Position numbers and translations under genes: made by a program. DNA of 64,000 nt. Origin: Gekko japonicus (lineage: Eukaryota). Location: the NCBI RefSeq assembly GCF_001447785.1, contig NW_015170315.1:26035-90034 (forward strand), in the 5' to 3' direction. The notes beneath the pieces were generated by a model. The model did no database searches. It worked only from the letters and a program-made list of their open reading frames with translations, and was not told the DNA's origin. Below, in pieces: positions 37,650 through 51,624 of the stretch; the first letter of the stretch is position 1; every line of letters starts with the position of its first letter.

Positions 37650-38445
37650 AGCGCGGAACCAGGGAGGTAGTTACTCGAGTCCGGAATAATTCTTTCTCTC
37701 TCGCAGAGTACCCGCGGTCCCCCTTCCTCCCCTTTATATGCCAGACTGGTTATTATGAATAAACTGGCAGTCTGATTTCACCGAACCTCCCATATCATCC
37801 ACCGTTTCCTTTTATAGCTGGGGACTTGGAACTCTCCCTCATCCCTTGACCTCGTGGGCGCTTCTCCCCACCCGCCCAGCCTCCCCCGAGCCAGGCGAGG
37901 GGACTGGAGCGCCCGACGGGAGGGGAGGGGAGGGGAGGGGGGGTCCCTCGCGCGGCCCCACCCATCCTGTCCTTTCCAGACCCCGGAGGTGGGCGGGGTT
38001 TGAAGCAGCTCAGGCGACCCGCTCCCCATGGGGCAGACCCACTCGCTCCAGCCTCGCAGGGGAGGGCTCTGCCCCTTCCCCACCCGGCCCCGCTTAAATG
38101 CGACGGCCGCTGCTCGTGGCCCTCTCAGTCCGGAGCAGCTGCTAGAGCGCGATCGCCGCCGGGCGCTGCAGCCTCCCCGCCGCCCCCTGCCAGGCTACCC
38201 GCTTTACCTGAACCAGCACGACGGGGGAGTCGCCTGCCCCCCTTCCGCATCGCTTCGTGGCCGCCTCTCCGCGCCTTCCAGCCGGCCGAGGTGAGTGAGG
38301 GGCTCCAGGGCACCTGCGGGGGACGAGCGCAGCCTTGAGCGCGGGACGGAAGGGCGCAAACGCCTCGTGTGTGTGTGTGTGTGGGGAATCCCTCCCTGCC
38401 CGCCTCCCGGAGAAGACACGGGGCACCCCTGGGGCAAAAGGGCGG
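37650..38445. promoter_or_regulatory. CpG island / GC-rich promoter, truncated by an assembly gap
   Basis: Abrupt rise in GC and CpG content. GC boxes: gggcgggg near 37991, and ggccccgc just before cttaaat at about 38093. Confidence 0.85.
38100..38290 (+). other. Probable non-coding first exon of a plus-strand gene divergent from RBPJL (start approximate; MATN4 is a synteny-based candidate only)
   Basis: Consensus donor GAG|gtgagt at 38290/38291 inside the CpG island. Only a short uORF (MRRPLLVALSVRSSC*) precedes it. Confidence 0.5.
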
Positions 38446-39074
38446 NNNNNNNNNNNNNNNNNNNNNNNNNNNNNNNNNNNNNNNNNNNNNNNNNNNNNNN
38501 NNNNNNNNNNNNNNNNNNNNNNNNNNNNNNNNNNNNNNNNNNNNNNNNNNNNNNNNNNNNNNNNNNNNNNNNNNNNNNNNNNNNNNNNNNNNNNNNNNNN
38601 NNNNNNNNNNNNNNNNNNNNNNNNNNNNNNNNNNNNNNNNNNNNNNNNNNNNNNNNNNNNNNNNNNNNNNNNNNNNNNNNNNNNNNNNNNNNNNNNNNNN
38701 NNNNNNNNNNNNNNNNNNNNNNNNNNNNNNNNNNNNNNNNNNNNNNNNNNNNNNNNNNNNNNNNNNNNNNNNNNNNNNNNNNNNNNNNNNNNNNNNNNNN
38801 NNNNNNNNNNNNNNNNNNNNNNNNNNNNNNNNNNNNNNNNNNNNNNNNNNNNNNNNNNNNNNNNNNNNNNNNNNNNNNNNNNNNNNNNNNNNNNNNNNNN
38901 NNNNNNNNNNNNNNNNNNNNNNNNNNNNNNNNNNNNNNNNNNNNNNNNNNNNNNNNNNNNNNNNNNNNNNNNNNNNNNNNNNNNNNNNNNNNNNNNNNNN
39001 NNNNNNNNNNNNNNNNNNNNNNNNNNNNNNNNNNNNNNNNNNNNNNNNNNNNNNNNNNNNNNNNNNNNNNNNNN
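38446..39074. other. Assembly gap (629 N)
   Basis: Run of n characters. Confidence 1.
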
Positions 39075-39256
39075 ACTCCCCTGCTCTCCCACACCCCACC
39101 ACCCAAAATTCTCTGGCTACGCCCCTGACTAGGGAGTAGCCAGTGTAGACCAGGCTAGTCGGTACTTGTCAGAGTTCAGAAGCTAAACAGGGTCAGTCAT
39201 GCTTAGTATTTGGATGGGAGACCGGCAGGGAAAATGAAGGTTGCTATGCAGAGGAA

Positions 39257-39410
39257 CAGCGTTCCGTGCGCCTTGGTGTTTAGTCATGCCGGCCACATGA
39301 CCATGGAAATGTCTTCGGACAGCGCTGGCTCTTCGGCTTTGAAACGGAGATGAGCACCGCAACCCTAGAGTCGGATTCGACTGGCTTTTGAGCAAGGGTA
39401 CCTTTACCTT
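39257..39410 (+). mobile_element. 5'-truncated Sauria SINE inserted in a 5S-SINE (another truncated copy at 30263-30470)
   Basis: Flanked by a TSD of about 12 bp (tatgcagaggaa); ACCTTT tail. Confidence 0.85.
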
Positions 39411-42400
39411 ATGCAGAGGAAGGCAATGGCCAACCACCTCTGCTCATGTTTCACCTTGAAAGCCTCATGGTGGGTGTTGCCATAAGTCAGGTGTGGCCTA
39501 AGGGCATACTTTACCTTTAGCTAGACCACTGTGCAGTCACTTTCATATTAACTCTCTCTGTAGACAGTCAGCTGTCTTTATTGCCTTCAACGGGTCCTGG
39601 TGCCTATCTGGGCTACCCATGTCCCAATTCTTTTAGGCTAAGATGCACAGCCTGCCATTTACCTTCCTGTCATTCTTCTCTGCAAGAAGGTCAGAAACAC
39701 AGAGCTGGAATTCATTTCTGTGCTCCTTTTCTGGTGAGCTTTAGCAGAGTCCTGAGTTTTGTATGGGACACTCTGGGGGCTAGGAGAAATTTGGGAGGGA
39801 GGAGATGGATAAATAATTGCTGTTCGTTCTGTCCTCTCATTCCCTGCTCATGCCTGTCAGAAGCAGGCATCCTGCTCAGCTTGCTCAGAACAAAAGCGTG
39901 TGGAGAAAGCTGTCCAAGAAAGAAAGAGAGAGTTACTTGAGTTGGTCTCAGAGGGGTGACCTTGCAAGACCTGAGATGAAGACAGAGGGGGCTGATAAGA
40001 ACTGAGCCTCAAGCAGTTAGAATTCTTGCCCTGGTGTGATGTGGGGAACAGGAGTGCTCAGAGGGTGCATGGATGCACATTGGAGGAGTGGCAGTGGTGA
40101 AGCCTTTAATGCAGATGTTTGGCTGAGGGCTGCTTCACCATGATGGTTAAATGCAGGTGTTTCTCAGTGGTGGAGCATCTGCTTTGCATGAACATTGACC
40201 TAGGTTCAATCCCCAGCATATCTCTCTCTCTCCGGTGTTTTTCATATGTGCATATGTGTGTGCGTGCATGCATTTAAGTGGGACCGGGTGGGGAAAGTCA
40301 TGGTGACCTCTGGTGACTGACCCCTAATAGGGGCCTGGAGGATATTCAGAGAGGTGGCTGAATGAAGCCTGCCCCTGTCCTCCTGACTGCTGGTATTTCA
40401 AGGAGGTCTCCCATCCAAGTATTTGCCAGAGTCGACCATGCTTAGCTTCCGAGAGCTGACAAGATCAGTCTAGGGCAATCCCCAGCATCTCTTGATGAAA
40501 AGGATCAGGGAGAATGTGATGTCCCCCAGATGCTTCCATGGGATCCTCAGGAATGACATAGGGGGCCAATTGGGGGTGTGCCGCAAGAAGGAGGAATTGG
40601 CAGAAAATTTAGTCTAGATCCAACCTCAACACACTGCACTGGCTCGAAGGCATGAAAGAGAGTCATTGCTAGAGAAGGAAGAAAGAATGCATGGATCAAG
40701 TTGTGACAAAAGGCATGATTAATTTTATGCTTTTATTCTAGAATTAAAGGTAATAGATATTAAAGGTAATGTATATTAAGAAGGTGGAGAAGAGTCGAGA
40801 AGGAAGTGTCGTAAACTGGGATCTGTTTCACCTGGCTTCTTCCACGTTCCCTTGAGTCAGATCTCCAGCTCAGTTTTTGCTAATGGTCCTTTATTGTGAC
40901 CCAGAAAGACTGTAGATTTCCCTTCTCTCCTTGTGGGAAAAAGGGGAAATACTGCTGCTGGGGGCATGCTCGAAATATCCTCCTTGTTGCTGCTTATTGA
41001 GAAATTGCATCTGTTCCTTATTGTCTCAGTATCTCTTGATTTGCCTCGTGATGTTGCAGTTGTGGTCAGTAATCCATTCTTAACATTTAAGATAATTTGG
41101 ACTTGTTCAGTCACTACTTATCTACAAGGCCGAATGTTTTTACAGCTGTTCCTATGTATTTTTTAAAAACAAACCCTGAATGTTAAGACAGGTACATGCT
41201 TCAGTGTGTCGCTCACAACAGAACAAGATCTGTTTGCCCGACCAGTGCCCAACTGTTTAGTTTTTACATCTCTGCATTTTTACTGAAATTATTCCTGCAA
41301 ACCAGGTAACCACCGGTGCACTTGGCAGTCATGTTTGTGCAAGCAGCTGCTTGCTTTTGGTATTCTGCCGAGGTATGTGTGCTGGCTACATCGATTAAGC
41401 AGCTGTGAAGATGAGGTTGTTTGCTGCATCTGGCTCTTGGGTCACTGCAGCTTATTGTGCTTGTATGTGGGAGCACTGTGACTGAAAGCAGAATTAAGCA
41501 GTTGTAGGTAGGACATGATGTTACCCACACCATTTATTTCCCCTGTGGTAAATGCAGTGGAAACCTGAAGCATGACTGTGACTGCGCAATTTTAGAGTGA
41601 TTTGCAGAGCAAGTCCACTTAAAACCCTACTTAGGTTTACTCAGTGGGCCCTACTCCAAAGTGTTGTTAGGATTGCACTGTTGGGCTGTTGAATGATTAA
41701 AGAATGGTTAATTAAGTGCTGTCAGTCAAATCCCAACAAAATATGGCAATCCCTCAGGGGGTTTTCAAGGCAGGAGATGAGCAGAAGTGGTTTTGTCCTT
41801 GCCTTCCTCTGCATAGCAACCCTGATCTTCCTTGGTGGTCTCCCATCCAACGACTAACTATGGCCAACCCTGCTTAGCTTCCAAGCTGTGGCAATCTCTG
41901 GCCAGTCTGGGCTGTTTAGGCTGCTAAAGGTCACTTAAGTCAATTAAATGTGTCAGGTAATCTGCGAATTAAATTTGTAGTTCAATAAACAGTAGCTTTG
42001 ATGGTGAAAAAAAGCTTTCCGTCCTGCGTAAAAAAAGCAGTCTCAAAAGAGGCATTCCAATGAGACGGAAGGAAGAAAGCCTGTTCTGAGAGGATACCTG
42101 CAATTTGTAATTATATACTAAAAATAATTCATGCTTAACCTCCCCCCAAAAAACTACTGCATGGTTAACCAGGCCCAGATGTTTCATTTAATCAGAACAA
42201 TATGAATCAATCAAGGTAACCAATTAATTGACACTGAAGTGTAAAGAGTAGTTTTACAAGATAAGGCAAGGTGAACAGTTTTCTTTTGCCAGCTTGCCAA
42301 TAATAGCTGTCCATGTTCTACAGGAGAATAGGTGTGCTTAACACCAGACCCAGGATGGAGACCCTAGCCTATAAAGAAGTCTCTAATTGGGTCAACTGTT

Positions 42401-43433
42401 ACTGGATGAAAACCATCACATGTATAACGGCAGGGCAGAAAGGACTCTTGTGCGTCCGAAACATGTTTTGTTGAGCCTCGATTACCAAAAACATCTAGTG
42501 GTTTAATGCTGAGAAGGCGGCAGACAGGAAAGGCCTGGCTCCATGCTAGTGGAGTCAATGGGGCTTTTGTTTCAGAAACCTAGTGGTTAAAATTGGCACA
42601 ATAAGTTATCGTACAAAACCCTGTCCGCAGCTCATACTGGAGTTTCCAGCCCTCTAAGAATGAAATCTTGTAAAAGCTGTAGTAATACCGCCATGAGGCT
42701 GGCATTGAGAAACTGCGAGTGAACACAAGAGTCCCCCCCCCCCCCCCCCCAGCAAATCTATATGGTTCGCTTGCAGACTCAGGTTCAGTATTTATCTCAG
42801 AGGGTGGTTCAGTAGAGTAAGTGGATTTACATGAGAGATAGAATTGGCCCCACATGAAATATGAATTCCTGTCTGGAATGCAGGCAAGAGCGCGTGGTAT
42901 TTTTTAGTAAAATGACACTATCTACCTAAGCAAGTGGGCTTTTCTTTCAGCCATCTGGAAGAACCATTGTTCAAAAACTGCTTAAGCTGTAACCCCCACT
43001 CCCGAAGAGCACACTTTCCTTCCTTTTTAAAAAAGCATTTCATCAGATGTTATTTGATGGGAGCTTTCTCTTTCACCAGCCTTTAAAAAAAATAAAAATT
43101 CCTTTCACACTTATCCTTTGACTGCTCAGAACACAATATGTCTCCTGAGGTTTCCTGCAAGACTTCTCAAAGGAAACTGAAACATTTTCCAGCATCCCCA
43201 ATAAGGCCCTTTTGTTAGATTTCTTAGCTTATGTATCTAACCTCATTTTGAAAAAAATCTGCCTGGCTCTGAAATGCATGGCGAAAACATCTGAAGAAAT
43301 GAGAACTTTGCTGGCATGTTTGAATTACGGTCAGCCACTATGGGGGAAATAAACGAGAGATTCTCAGTTCGCATACTTCTTATCGTAGGCAGCTTCAATT
43401 TGGGGTGATTTTCAGTGCAAGCCTAAGAAGATT

Positions 43434-43720
43434 TGGAGGAGGAGGAGGAGATTGGATTTATACCCCGCTCTTCACTACGCGAAGGAGTCTCAGAGCGGCT
43501 TACAAACTCCTTTCCCTTCCCCTCCCCACAACAGACACCCTGTGAGGTGGGTGGGGCTGAGAGAACTCTGACACAAACTGCTCTTTTTCAAGGACAGCTG
43601 TGCCAGAGCTTGTGACTGACCCAAGGTCACATCAGCAGGTGCAAGTGGAGGAGTGGGGAATCAAACCCGGTTCTCCCAGATTAGAGACCGTGCACTTAAC
43701 CACTACACCAAACTGGCTCT
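43434..43720 (-). mobile_element. tRNA-derived SINE (Squam3-like); further copies at 35608-35860, 45795-45940, 51697-51963 and 56878-56948
   Basis: Same head and tail as the 6064 copy, on the minus strand. Confidence 0.85.
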
Positions 43721-44379
43721 CCTTCTAAGCCCATTGATTTCAGTGGACATAGATGGGTGAAACTGCTAAGACTGCATCGTTAGTCTAGTCGAAGCCTGTA
43801 AATTTATTTAGAAAGTTTTTATGCTAGCTGTCCAGAGAACCTGCTCCAGGAGGCTTATACAGTAAAACGTAATTAAAAAACAACAACATACAGTTGTTAA
43901 CAATTAAAAATGTTAAACTGCTAAAACTGAAGGAACAGGGGAACAAATTTTTAATGCACTGGCAGTTGTGAGTCATGACTTCAGATTCCTATGCAGTAGG
44001 CAAGTGTCCAGAATTATGTTTCTAGTCCCTGTGATTGCTTGAACATACAAAAGACAAGGCTTTTTGAGACCAATAGTGGTTTGGCAGTTTGAGACTTCCC
44101 AGGAACTTCGGTAAGTGACACTAAGTTCAGATTGGAAGGGAGTCGTTTGCAGAGTTTATTGAATGCAAAACTGACCATGGTTTCCAGAGATGAGGATCCC
44201 TTTTGCCCCTCATGGTCTACTCCCATTCACATGGGAGATGAGGACTTTTGGGACAGCTTCTTGGATTGTACAGTCTATAGAACTCCCTTCCTGCTGTCAG
44301 TAGGAGGAGAAATGAGGAGCCTGTATTTTAAGCTGCTAGCATTTCAAGGATAGGATCATGTGGACCAGGCACTGTTTTA

Positions 44380-45084
44380 TACTTTTATTTATTTATTTGA
44401 TTTATACCCCTCCCTCCCCGCCGAAGGAGGCTCAGGGCAGCTTACAAGAATAACATAAAAACAATTATGACATAGATAAAACCATCTAAAAACAATTCAA
44501 AACATAAACTGTTAGCTGGTTGTAAACTAATACATTAGGGATGGCGGCAATGGTTACTTTATTCATCAGTTCTCGATCTTTATATATATGACTGCCACAG
44601 GCTGTAATGGTGGAGTTGGGCGCCTCTTTAATGATGATGGTGGCGGCGCCGGCTCCTTAGTCGAACGCCTGGTGGAAGAGCTCCATCTTGCAGGCCCTGT
44701 GGAACTGTAAAAGGTCCCGCAGGGCCCTGATCTCTTCTGGGAGCTCATCCCACCAGTACAGAGCCGCCACTGAGAACGCCCTGGCCCTGGTTGTTGCCAG
44801 TCTGACATCTTTAGGGCCTGGAAGGGTCAATTGGTGTTGTGACTCTGAATGCAGTGCTCACTGGGGTACATATGGGGAAAGGCGGTCCCTCAGGTATGTT
44901 GGCCTTTGACTATATATGGCTTGAAAGGTAAGAACCAGCACCTTGAAAAGAACTCGGAATGCTATTGGCAGCCAGTGTAATGCCTTTAGCATGGGGAGAC
45001 CCATCAGAAGCCTGGCCACTGCATTTTGCACTAGCTGAAGCTTCTGGATTTGTGACAAGGGCAGCCGCGTTACACGAGTACAGT
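44380..45084 (-). mobile_element. L2 LINE 3' fragment, abutting an inserted hAT MITE
   Basis: QKLQLVQNAVARLL, LKALHWLPI.FRV.FKVLVLTF.A, PTYLRDRL, RAFSV...WDELP.EIR. Confidence 0.9.
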
Positions 45085-45494
45085 CAGGGGTCATTTCCTG
45101 CAGGAGCGCATAGGAGCAGAGCTCCGGCAATAAAGAGTCCAGGGGGCAGGCACATGCAACAAGTCCCACCCCCTGCTTCCAGCAGCCCTCAGTCAGAGCA
45201 AGAAGCAGCCAGGTAAGTTGTATAGCTCCCTTCGGCCCCCCGGTCCAAAACAGTCCAGTGGCACCTTTAAGACCAAGTTTTATTCGGGTACAAGCTTTCC
45301 CTCCTCTGTGAGGACAGATATACACCCCCCCCCAATAGCTAGCAATCCAAAACAGTCCAGTGAAGCCTAAGCTGTGGGTGTTGCCTTCTGACACACTTCC
45401 AGTGATGTCAGGGGGTGTGGCATATGCAAATAAGTTATGCTAATGAGTTATGCTAATGAACTCCTGCACCTCTTTTTCTACGAAATGACCCCTG
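45085..45494. mobile_element. hAT MITE carrying a Penelope-like fragment
   Basis: TIRs caggggtcatttc/gaaatgacccctg; perfect TSD agtacagt. Confidence 0.92.
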
Positions 45495-47330
45495 AGTACA
45501 GTCACCCAGTGACCCCAGTCCCAGCTGCCTATTGGTATTTCCTCCCTCGCTTGTGCAGCTGGAAAGAATATTTAGAATTTTGAAGAGCCAATATTAGTTT
45601 TTAGGAGACTGCCCAGAACATAGCTAAGGAAACGTTTCAGATTTCTAGATGCCAGCATCAACTGTTCAGGATCACAGGTGACCTGAGGTTTTTTCCCCCT
45701 AATGCAATGAGGTTACTATATTAAAGCATGGATGCCACAACCTTTAGTGACCTATTACCACCACTGGCAGTAATAGGTCACTAATCTGTCCAAATGGAGG
45801 AGGGAGGAGGAGGAGGAGATTGGATTTATACCCCGCCCTTCACTAACCGAAGGAGTTTCAGAGCGGTTTACAATCTCCTTTCCCTTCCCCTCCCCACAAC
45901 AGACACCCTGTGAGGTAGGTGGGGCTGAGGGAGCTCTTTCCAGAACTGGATTCTTCGAAGCAATCAGCAATATTTGCAGAATGGTGTATTTTGCACAATG
46001 GATTCTCTTCACGGTAGATTTGCAGAATTTTGGCTTTCCAAGGATCAATAATTAATCCTGTTTCAACATGAAGCAAATTAAAGTCTTTGCCATCAAGCAT
46101 GTCTTTTTGTTTTGTTTTGACCAGAGTACACCAGTTACCTAATTTGTGCAAGGTGGTTGGAGGCTGCATTCCTCAAATCACTCCTTCTAAAGAGCCTGAC
46201 TGAAACCCCATGAAAAGAGGATGGCTCTGCTCCAGGCTAATGTTCTTGAGCCATGGAATGCTAGCTGCAGTGACCCAGTTTTGTACTTGTTGGTGAAAAT
46301 ATACAATTTCCAAAGATACCATCAAGTCATTCTTCAGTAATAACGGGGAAGGCTATAGTATGATGTGACAGAAATTATCCTGTAAGGCTGTGGTTCCCAG
46401 ACTTCCAAGCTTGAAGGAACCTGTTTCATATTGACTTGACTAACATAAAACCTTCCTCTGTTAAGGAGGATTCTGGGATATGTTCTAAGGAGCATGCTCA
46501 GTTTACAGGAGACTCTTTTCAGACTTGTTGATGCTCGTGGCTAAGCAGGGCTGACCCTGGCAAGTATTTGAATGGCAGACCTCCAGAGAATACCAGAGAT
46601 GTTAGGCCACTTCTCTGTTTGTCCCCTGTGCCCCAGTAGGAGTTGCCAGAGGTCGCCATGACTTCCGGGCATGGGCACGCACGCACACACACAAATACCA
46701 AAAAAAAAGTGGACTGAGAGTACAATACATGCCCTGTGGATGCATCCTATAACACACCGAATACACTATTGCAGCTGTATACTCCTGTTTTTATTATTAT
46801 TAATAGTGCTTAGCAATTATGTAGTGCCTTTATAATTGCATCCTAAGCCACTGGACTCTAAATTTATCCTAAGCAGTGTTACATGTTTCTAAGTCAATTG
46901 AAATTAATGGGCTCAGAAGGGTGCAGTACTCGTCAGGATGGCGGCATTTGTGTCCATTGTCCAAAGCACTTTGCACACACACTATCTTGGTATGCCAGTT
47001 TTATTATCTATCTATGCTATGCCAGTTTTATTATCCTCATTTTGCAGATAGGGACAGAGGCTTAAGCCTGGGACTTCCTGGGATCATGGCTCATTCTATA
47101 TCTGTACATTTTATACTGTCCTTCCGCCAAAGAGATCAGGGGAACTCCTTTTGTCCTCACAACAATAACTCTGTGAGGTAGGTTAGGTTGAGAGAGAATA
47201 ACTGGACCAAGGTCACCTAACAAACTTTCATGACACAGTGGGGATTCAATCCTAGGTCTTCCCAAACTTTACTCTAGCACTCTAACCACTACACCACACC
47301 AGCTAAGCAAGGCAGAGGAAAAACAATAGT

Positions 47331-47845
47331 GGCCCCTGTCACACGAGTCAGATAACATGGGGGTGAGGTGTGGCTGTTTGCCCCAGGGCAAAATAAAGTG
47401 CGTTAGCTCGATCACATGGTCTCCCGAGTATTCGCGTTGTGGCAGGAAGCTCGCAATTACATGGCGATGCTGGAGCTGGCAAAGAATCCGCGCAGCAAGC
47501 GTTCCATGTTTGTGCGCATGCACAGTTCCACAGAGCAGCACTGCTTCCAGTTTAGTGTTCGTGTGCATGCGCTTAGGGAAACCATCTGGTTTGCGATGGG
47601 ACTCAGATGGGCACCGGAAGCCACGGGATACTAGCGCTCCCGCGATCAGACGCCCGCCCCTGCCGCGCGTTTTCCGGATACTACTGCACTTTCTGAGGTA
47701 TTTTTTTACTGTGCATCTTCGGCGGGATGCCACAGGTTGGCTATGGGTGTGCTACGCTTCCCAGATGTTGCGGTGTGATCACGGACCAAAAATCTGCCTA
47801 CCATTTGTGCCTTTAGCATGGCAAATCCTCTGTGTGAACGGGGCC
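47331..47845. mobile_element. Harbinger-like MITE
   Basis: TIRs ggcccctgtcacac/gtgtgaacggggcc; TSD agt. Confidence 0.8.
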
Positions 47846-48389
47846 AGTGCTGGATAAATTGTCTTTCAGGACAATTTGCTTGGGTTGCTTATTACTGATT
47901 TTCTCATTGAGGAACCAGCAGTACTCTTCTGAGGAAGGTTAGGGTTCTCCTCTGAAAGAGCCTGAAGCCAGATTTGAGCAATTCTCTCCCCGACTCCTCT
48001 AAACAGTAACAGCTGTGAATATGTGGGTTCAGTCCCCTTCATGTCTGTCACCTCAATATCAATCAGGGATCTCATAAAGGTTTCATTCAAAGTCTGGCCT
48101 CTGCAACTGCCTCTTCACACTTCTACGTTGCCCTGCTTATGCAGTGGAAGAATTAGTCCTCTGTGGGTTTTTGCAACACAGACAGAGCTTTAAGTATCGT
48201 GTAACGTTTTTTAGCATTTGGAAGTGAGTTTTTTTCTCTCACTTTCACACATCTTGGCAAAATGAGTAGATGTTTAAAAATAGACTTGCTAAAATAAAGA
48301 TTGGAATAGAAATGTACGTAGGAGATGTTGCACCCATTAGCATTCCATACCCCTACCATCTTCTTTCAGCAAGAAAAGTGGCACAGCAG

Positions 48390-49507
48390 TTATTATGATG
48401 GGGAACATCCCATTATCTCTGCAGAGAGGTGTGTCCAAAACTCAATTCGCCAAGGGGATGTGAATCCGGAGGGATGAGTCGCTTGCAGAGAAGAATTGCC
48501 TACTAGTTTTACTCTGCAAATGCTCCTCTCCTGAAAGAATTTTTTCACCTGGCTGGATTTACTTTCAGTTAGCCTAGCAGGGAGGAAAATGGTGGGGTAT
48601 GTGTGTGATGGACTGCCCTTTCTCTCCCTTTGCTCTGATTGGCCAGCACCAGCTGAGAACTATAGGATTAGCTGAATCCTGTGGGCATGGTGTTGTGTGG
48701 AGTCTTTTCATTGGTCTTTCGGAAGTCAGACAGTCAGTTAATTGGCTTCTGACAGAGGAGTCAGTGAGTCTGACAGAGTCAGTCAGACAGGTTCACCTTT
48801 AGAGTGAAGGGAAAGGACTTCTTGCCTTAATGGTTTTCTATCAATTCTGAGGAAGAATTCATTATCAGAACTGAACACCTAAGAGTCAGTTTAAATTCCT
48901 TTTACACGGACACCAGAACTGGGATTGAGATTTTGGCAAAGGCAATTGAGTAGTATGCTGAAACTCCCAATCAGGCCAAAAGAAAAGGGTCATATCTTCT
49001 GAGGAGAAAAAGAAGAATTCCTGTCCAGTTACACAGGGGGAGTAGCTCTGAGGAGACCCCTGGTCTGTCGTGAAGGGAATCGGATTTGGACACCTCAGGA
49101 TATAGAAATAAACTGTGATTTCCAAAAGGGAGAGAGAGTTCAGAAACACAAATAAAGAGACTCTCTAGAAAATGTGAAGAGTCACAGGAAACTATATGAA
49201 GAAACATTGTAACTAACTAAAATATTCAAATGCCTCTCACTGTTAAGATCCAAGAATATATTAAAATAAGACTCAACAACACTATTCTGATTGTTAAAAG
49301 AAGTATAATCGGTATTAACAACTTTTACTTCAGCATTTCCAACTCCTGACTACACCTATTCAGTCCCTGCTTGTTAAATAAAATCATTATTTCTGTTTGA
49401 ATGTTGTACCGTCTCAAGTGCCATTTGAATGGGGAAAACAGGAGGACTCCAGTTTATCCCATAAAGATCCTGGGCTGGGCTAAAAGACAAATTAGATCTT
49501 CATGACG
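48390..49507 (+). mobile_element. Possible solo LTR of about 1.1 kb
   Basis: CCAAT-like gattgg, TATA-like element, cagtcag repeats, AATAAA near 49377, decayed T(G)TTATG...CATGAC ends. No TSD confirmed. Confidence 0.35.
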
Positions 49508-49664
49508 GGGTGGGATAGACAGACTTTTAAAACAATAATTAAATCTACACTACTCGGGGCTGCTCAGTCACAGTTGGGAACTAATTTTTGGCGGGAAAAC
49601 CTGCCTGAGAGAGGGAAAGTGCCAGCAATCCATCATGGGGGGCTATTGGCGGTCAGCAGGCAGG

Positions 49665-50298
49665 CAAGGTGTAAAGTGATGCACAGTGGGACAAAACCCG
49701 TCAACTTCAAGTATAGGCTAATGGGGTCTGAACTTGCTGAAACTGGGAGGGGAAAAGATCTTGGGGTCACAGTGGATAGCTCAATGAAAGTGTCAACCCA
49801 GTGTGCTGTACCAATAAAAAAGGAAAGAGTTTAGAAAAGAGACGACTAAGGGAAGACATGATAGAGATTTATAAAATAATGCATGGGGTGGAGGGAGTTG
49901 ACAGATCATTTTTTCTCCTTCTCCCAAAATGCTAGAACTCGAGGGTATCCAATGAAGCTGATTGCCAGGAAGTTCAGGATGGACAAAAGGAAATACTTCT
50001 TTACACAGAGAGTGATTAAAATGTGGGATGTGCTGGCAGAGGATGTAGTGATAGCCATGGAAATAAACAGGTTTAAAAGGGGATTAGACAGATTCGTGGA
50101 GGATAAATCTATCAGTGGCTACTAGCCATGGTGACTGAGAGGAACTTCCACATTCAGAGCCAACATCAGGGGAAGGCCTCGGCCTCTATGCTCTGTTGTT
50201 GGCCATCCAGAGGAACTGGTTGGCTACTGTGTGGGACAGGATGCTGGCCTAGATGGACCATTGGTCTGATCCAGCAGGGCTCTTCTTATGTGCTTATG
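49665..50298 (+). mobile_element. CR1 LINE 3' end (RT C-terminus and 3' UTR) with an internal deletion
   Basis: CKVMH...KDLGVTVDSSMKVSTQC; LEKRRL.EDMIEIYKI; RTRGYPMKL...RKYFFTQRVIKMW; ttcttatg-type tail. Confidence 0.93.
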
Positions 50299-51051
50299 TA
50301 GGGGAAAGGGCTAAGCACCCCTTCCTGCCATCTGCTTCGCTCCCTTGCATTAATATTACACCTGGAAACAGATCTGGGAACTCCATAGCCCCTTTCACAA
50401 GTTACAGTGAATGCCCATGCTATCCATGTACAGTGTGATGCTGAGTACTTCTCACGTTACATCCAACACATGTGCAGCTGAATGCGTGACTGAAATCCCA
50501 CATTTATCCACGTACTGGTTCCTGGTTTCATTTGTAACAGTGAATTCGTGTTTGCTCTTTCTTACGAACAGGTTGTTGGTGTGTTCACTATAACGTGAAC
50601 AGGACTTATATTTCCCTCACAATGCCTGGTTCCTGCTCTTAAAGGTTGCTAAACTGTGAAGCACCCTGGTATTTTTTTTGGTTCATCATATTTTCTTACA
50701 TTCTGCATCCATCAAGTGGAAGGCTGCTGAAAAAGGCTTTTGAATCACGATCTGATTCCTTCTGTACTGAGTGTGGTACTTTGGGTGGTGTTTCTTATAA
50801 GGGCTGATTTACACATTTCAAAGCTCCTGTGTCCTTAGGGTCGCCAACTTCCAAGTGGTGGTTGGAGATCTTCGGGGATTACAACTGACCCCCTTGGGAT
50901 TAGTTCACCAAGAGAAAATGGCCACTTTGGAAGTTGGACTCTATTTATACTCCACTGAAGTCCTCCCTCCCCAAACCCCACCCTCCTCCTGTTCCACCCC
51001 CCAAATCTTCAAGTATTTTCCCTGTGTCTGCCACAAGGACTTTCGAGCAGA

Positions 51052-51074
51052 TGTGTGTGTGTGTGTGTGTGTGT
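51052..51074 (+). repeat. (TG)n microsatellite
   Basis: Direct reading. Confidence 0.95.
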
Positions 51075-51279
51075 GGGAGAGCTCTGTGCTCAGAGCTTAA
51101 TTCCCAGGCCTGCAAGGCCTGATTCAGATCTTTGTGTAGCCATCAGGATGTATAAATTTCCTCAGTGGAGCAAATTACAACTGGGCCTCTTTCAGATCAA
51201 GAAAATGGGGAAGGAACAGTCCCTTCAGTCCCAGTGTGAATCAGGCCCAAGGGCAATTTCTGAGCATGGAAGTCCCACC

Positions 51280-51624
51280 TAGGGCTGCCAAGTGGGGGCG
51301 GGGAAACCCCTGCTTTGGAGGCCCGATTTCCGCCGCCACGGAATCGGGCCCCAGGGGAAACTCCGCCCGCTGAAGAGCAGTGTGGCTGCGTCACCAGAGG
51401 TGACACAACCACGTCGCCCACGTTGGGGGCGTGGCCCATATCACCAGAGGGAGAGAGGGAAAACTCTATGTTTTCCCCCCTGACGATCGGGGCCACGCCC
51501 CAAATGTGGGCAACGTCGCACGTCACTTCCGTTGATGTGCTGGTGGCGCGCACGCATCCAGAGCCTGCTCTCGAAGCCGTCGGAGCCTCCCTCACCGGTG
51601 AGTTTGCGGGACTTGGCAACCCTA
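51280..51624. mobile_element. hAT-type MITE, same family as 11338 in the opposite orientation
   Basis: TIRs tagggctgcca/tggcaacccta; perfect TSD gtcccacc. Confidence 0.93.

Noticed and set aside
38125-39139. Six long ORFs (256-325 aa) across the CpG island
   Set aside because: They are open only because they run through the N gap.
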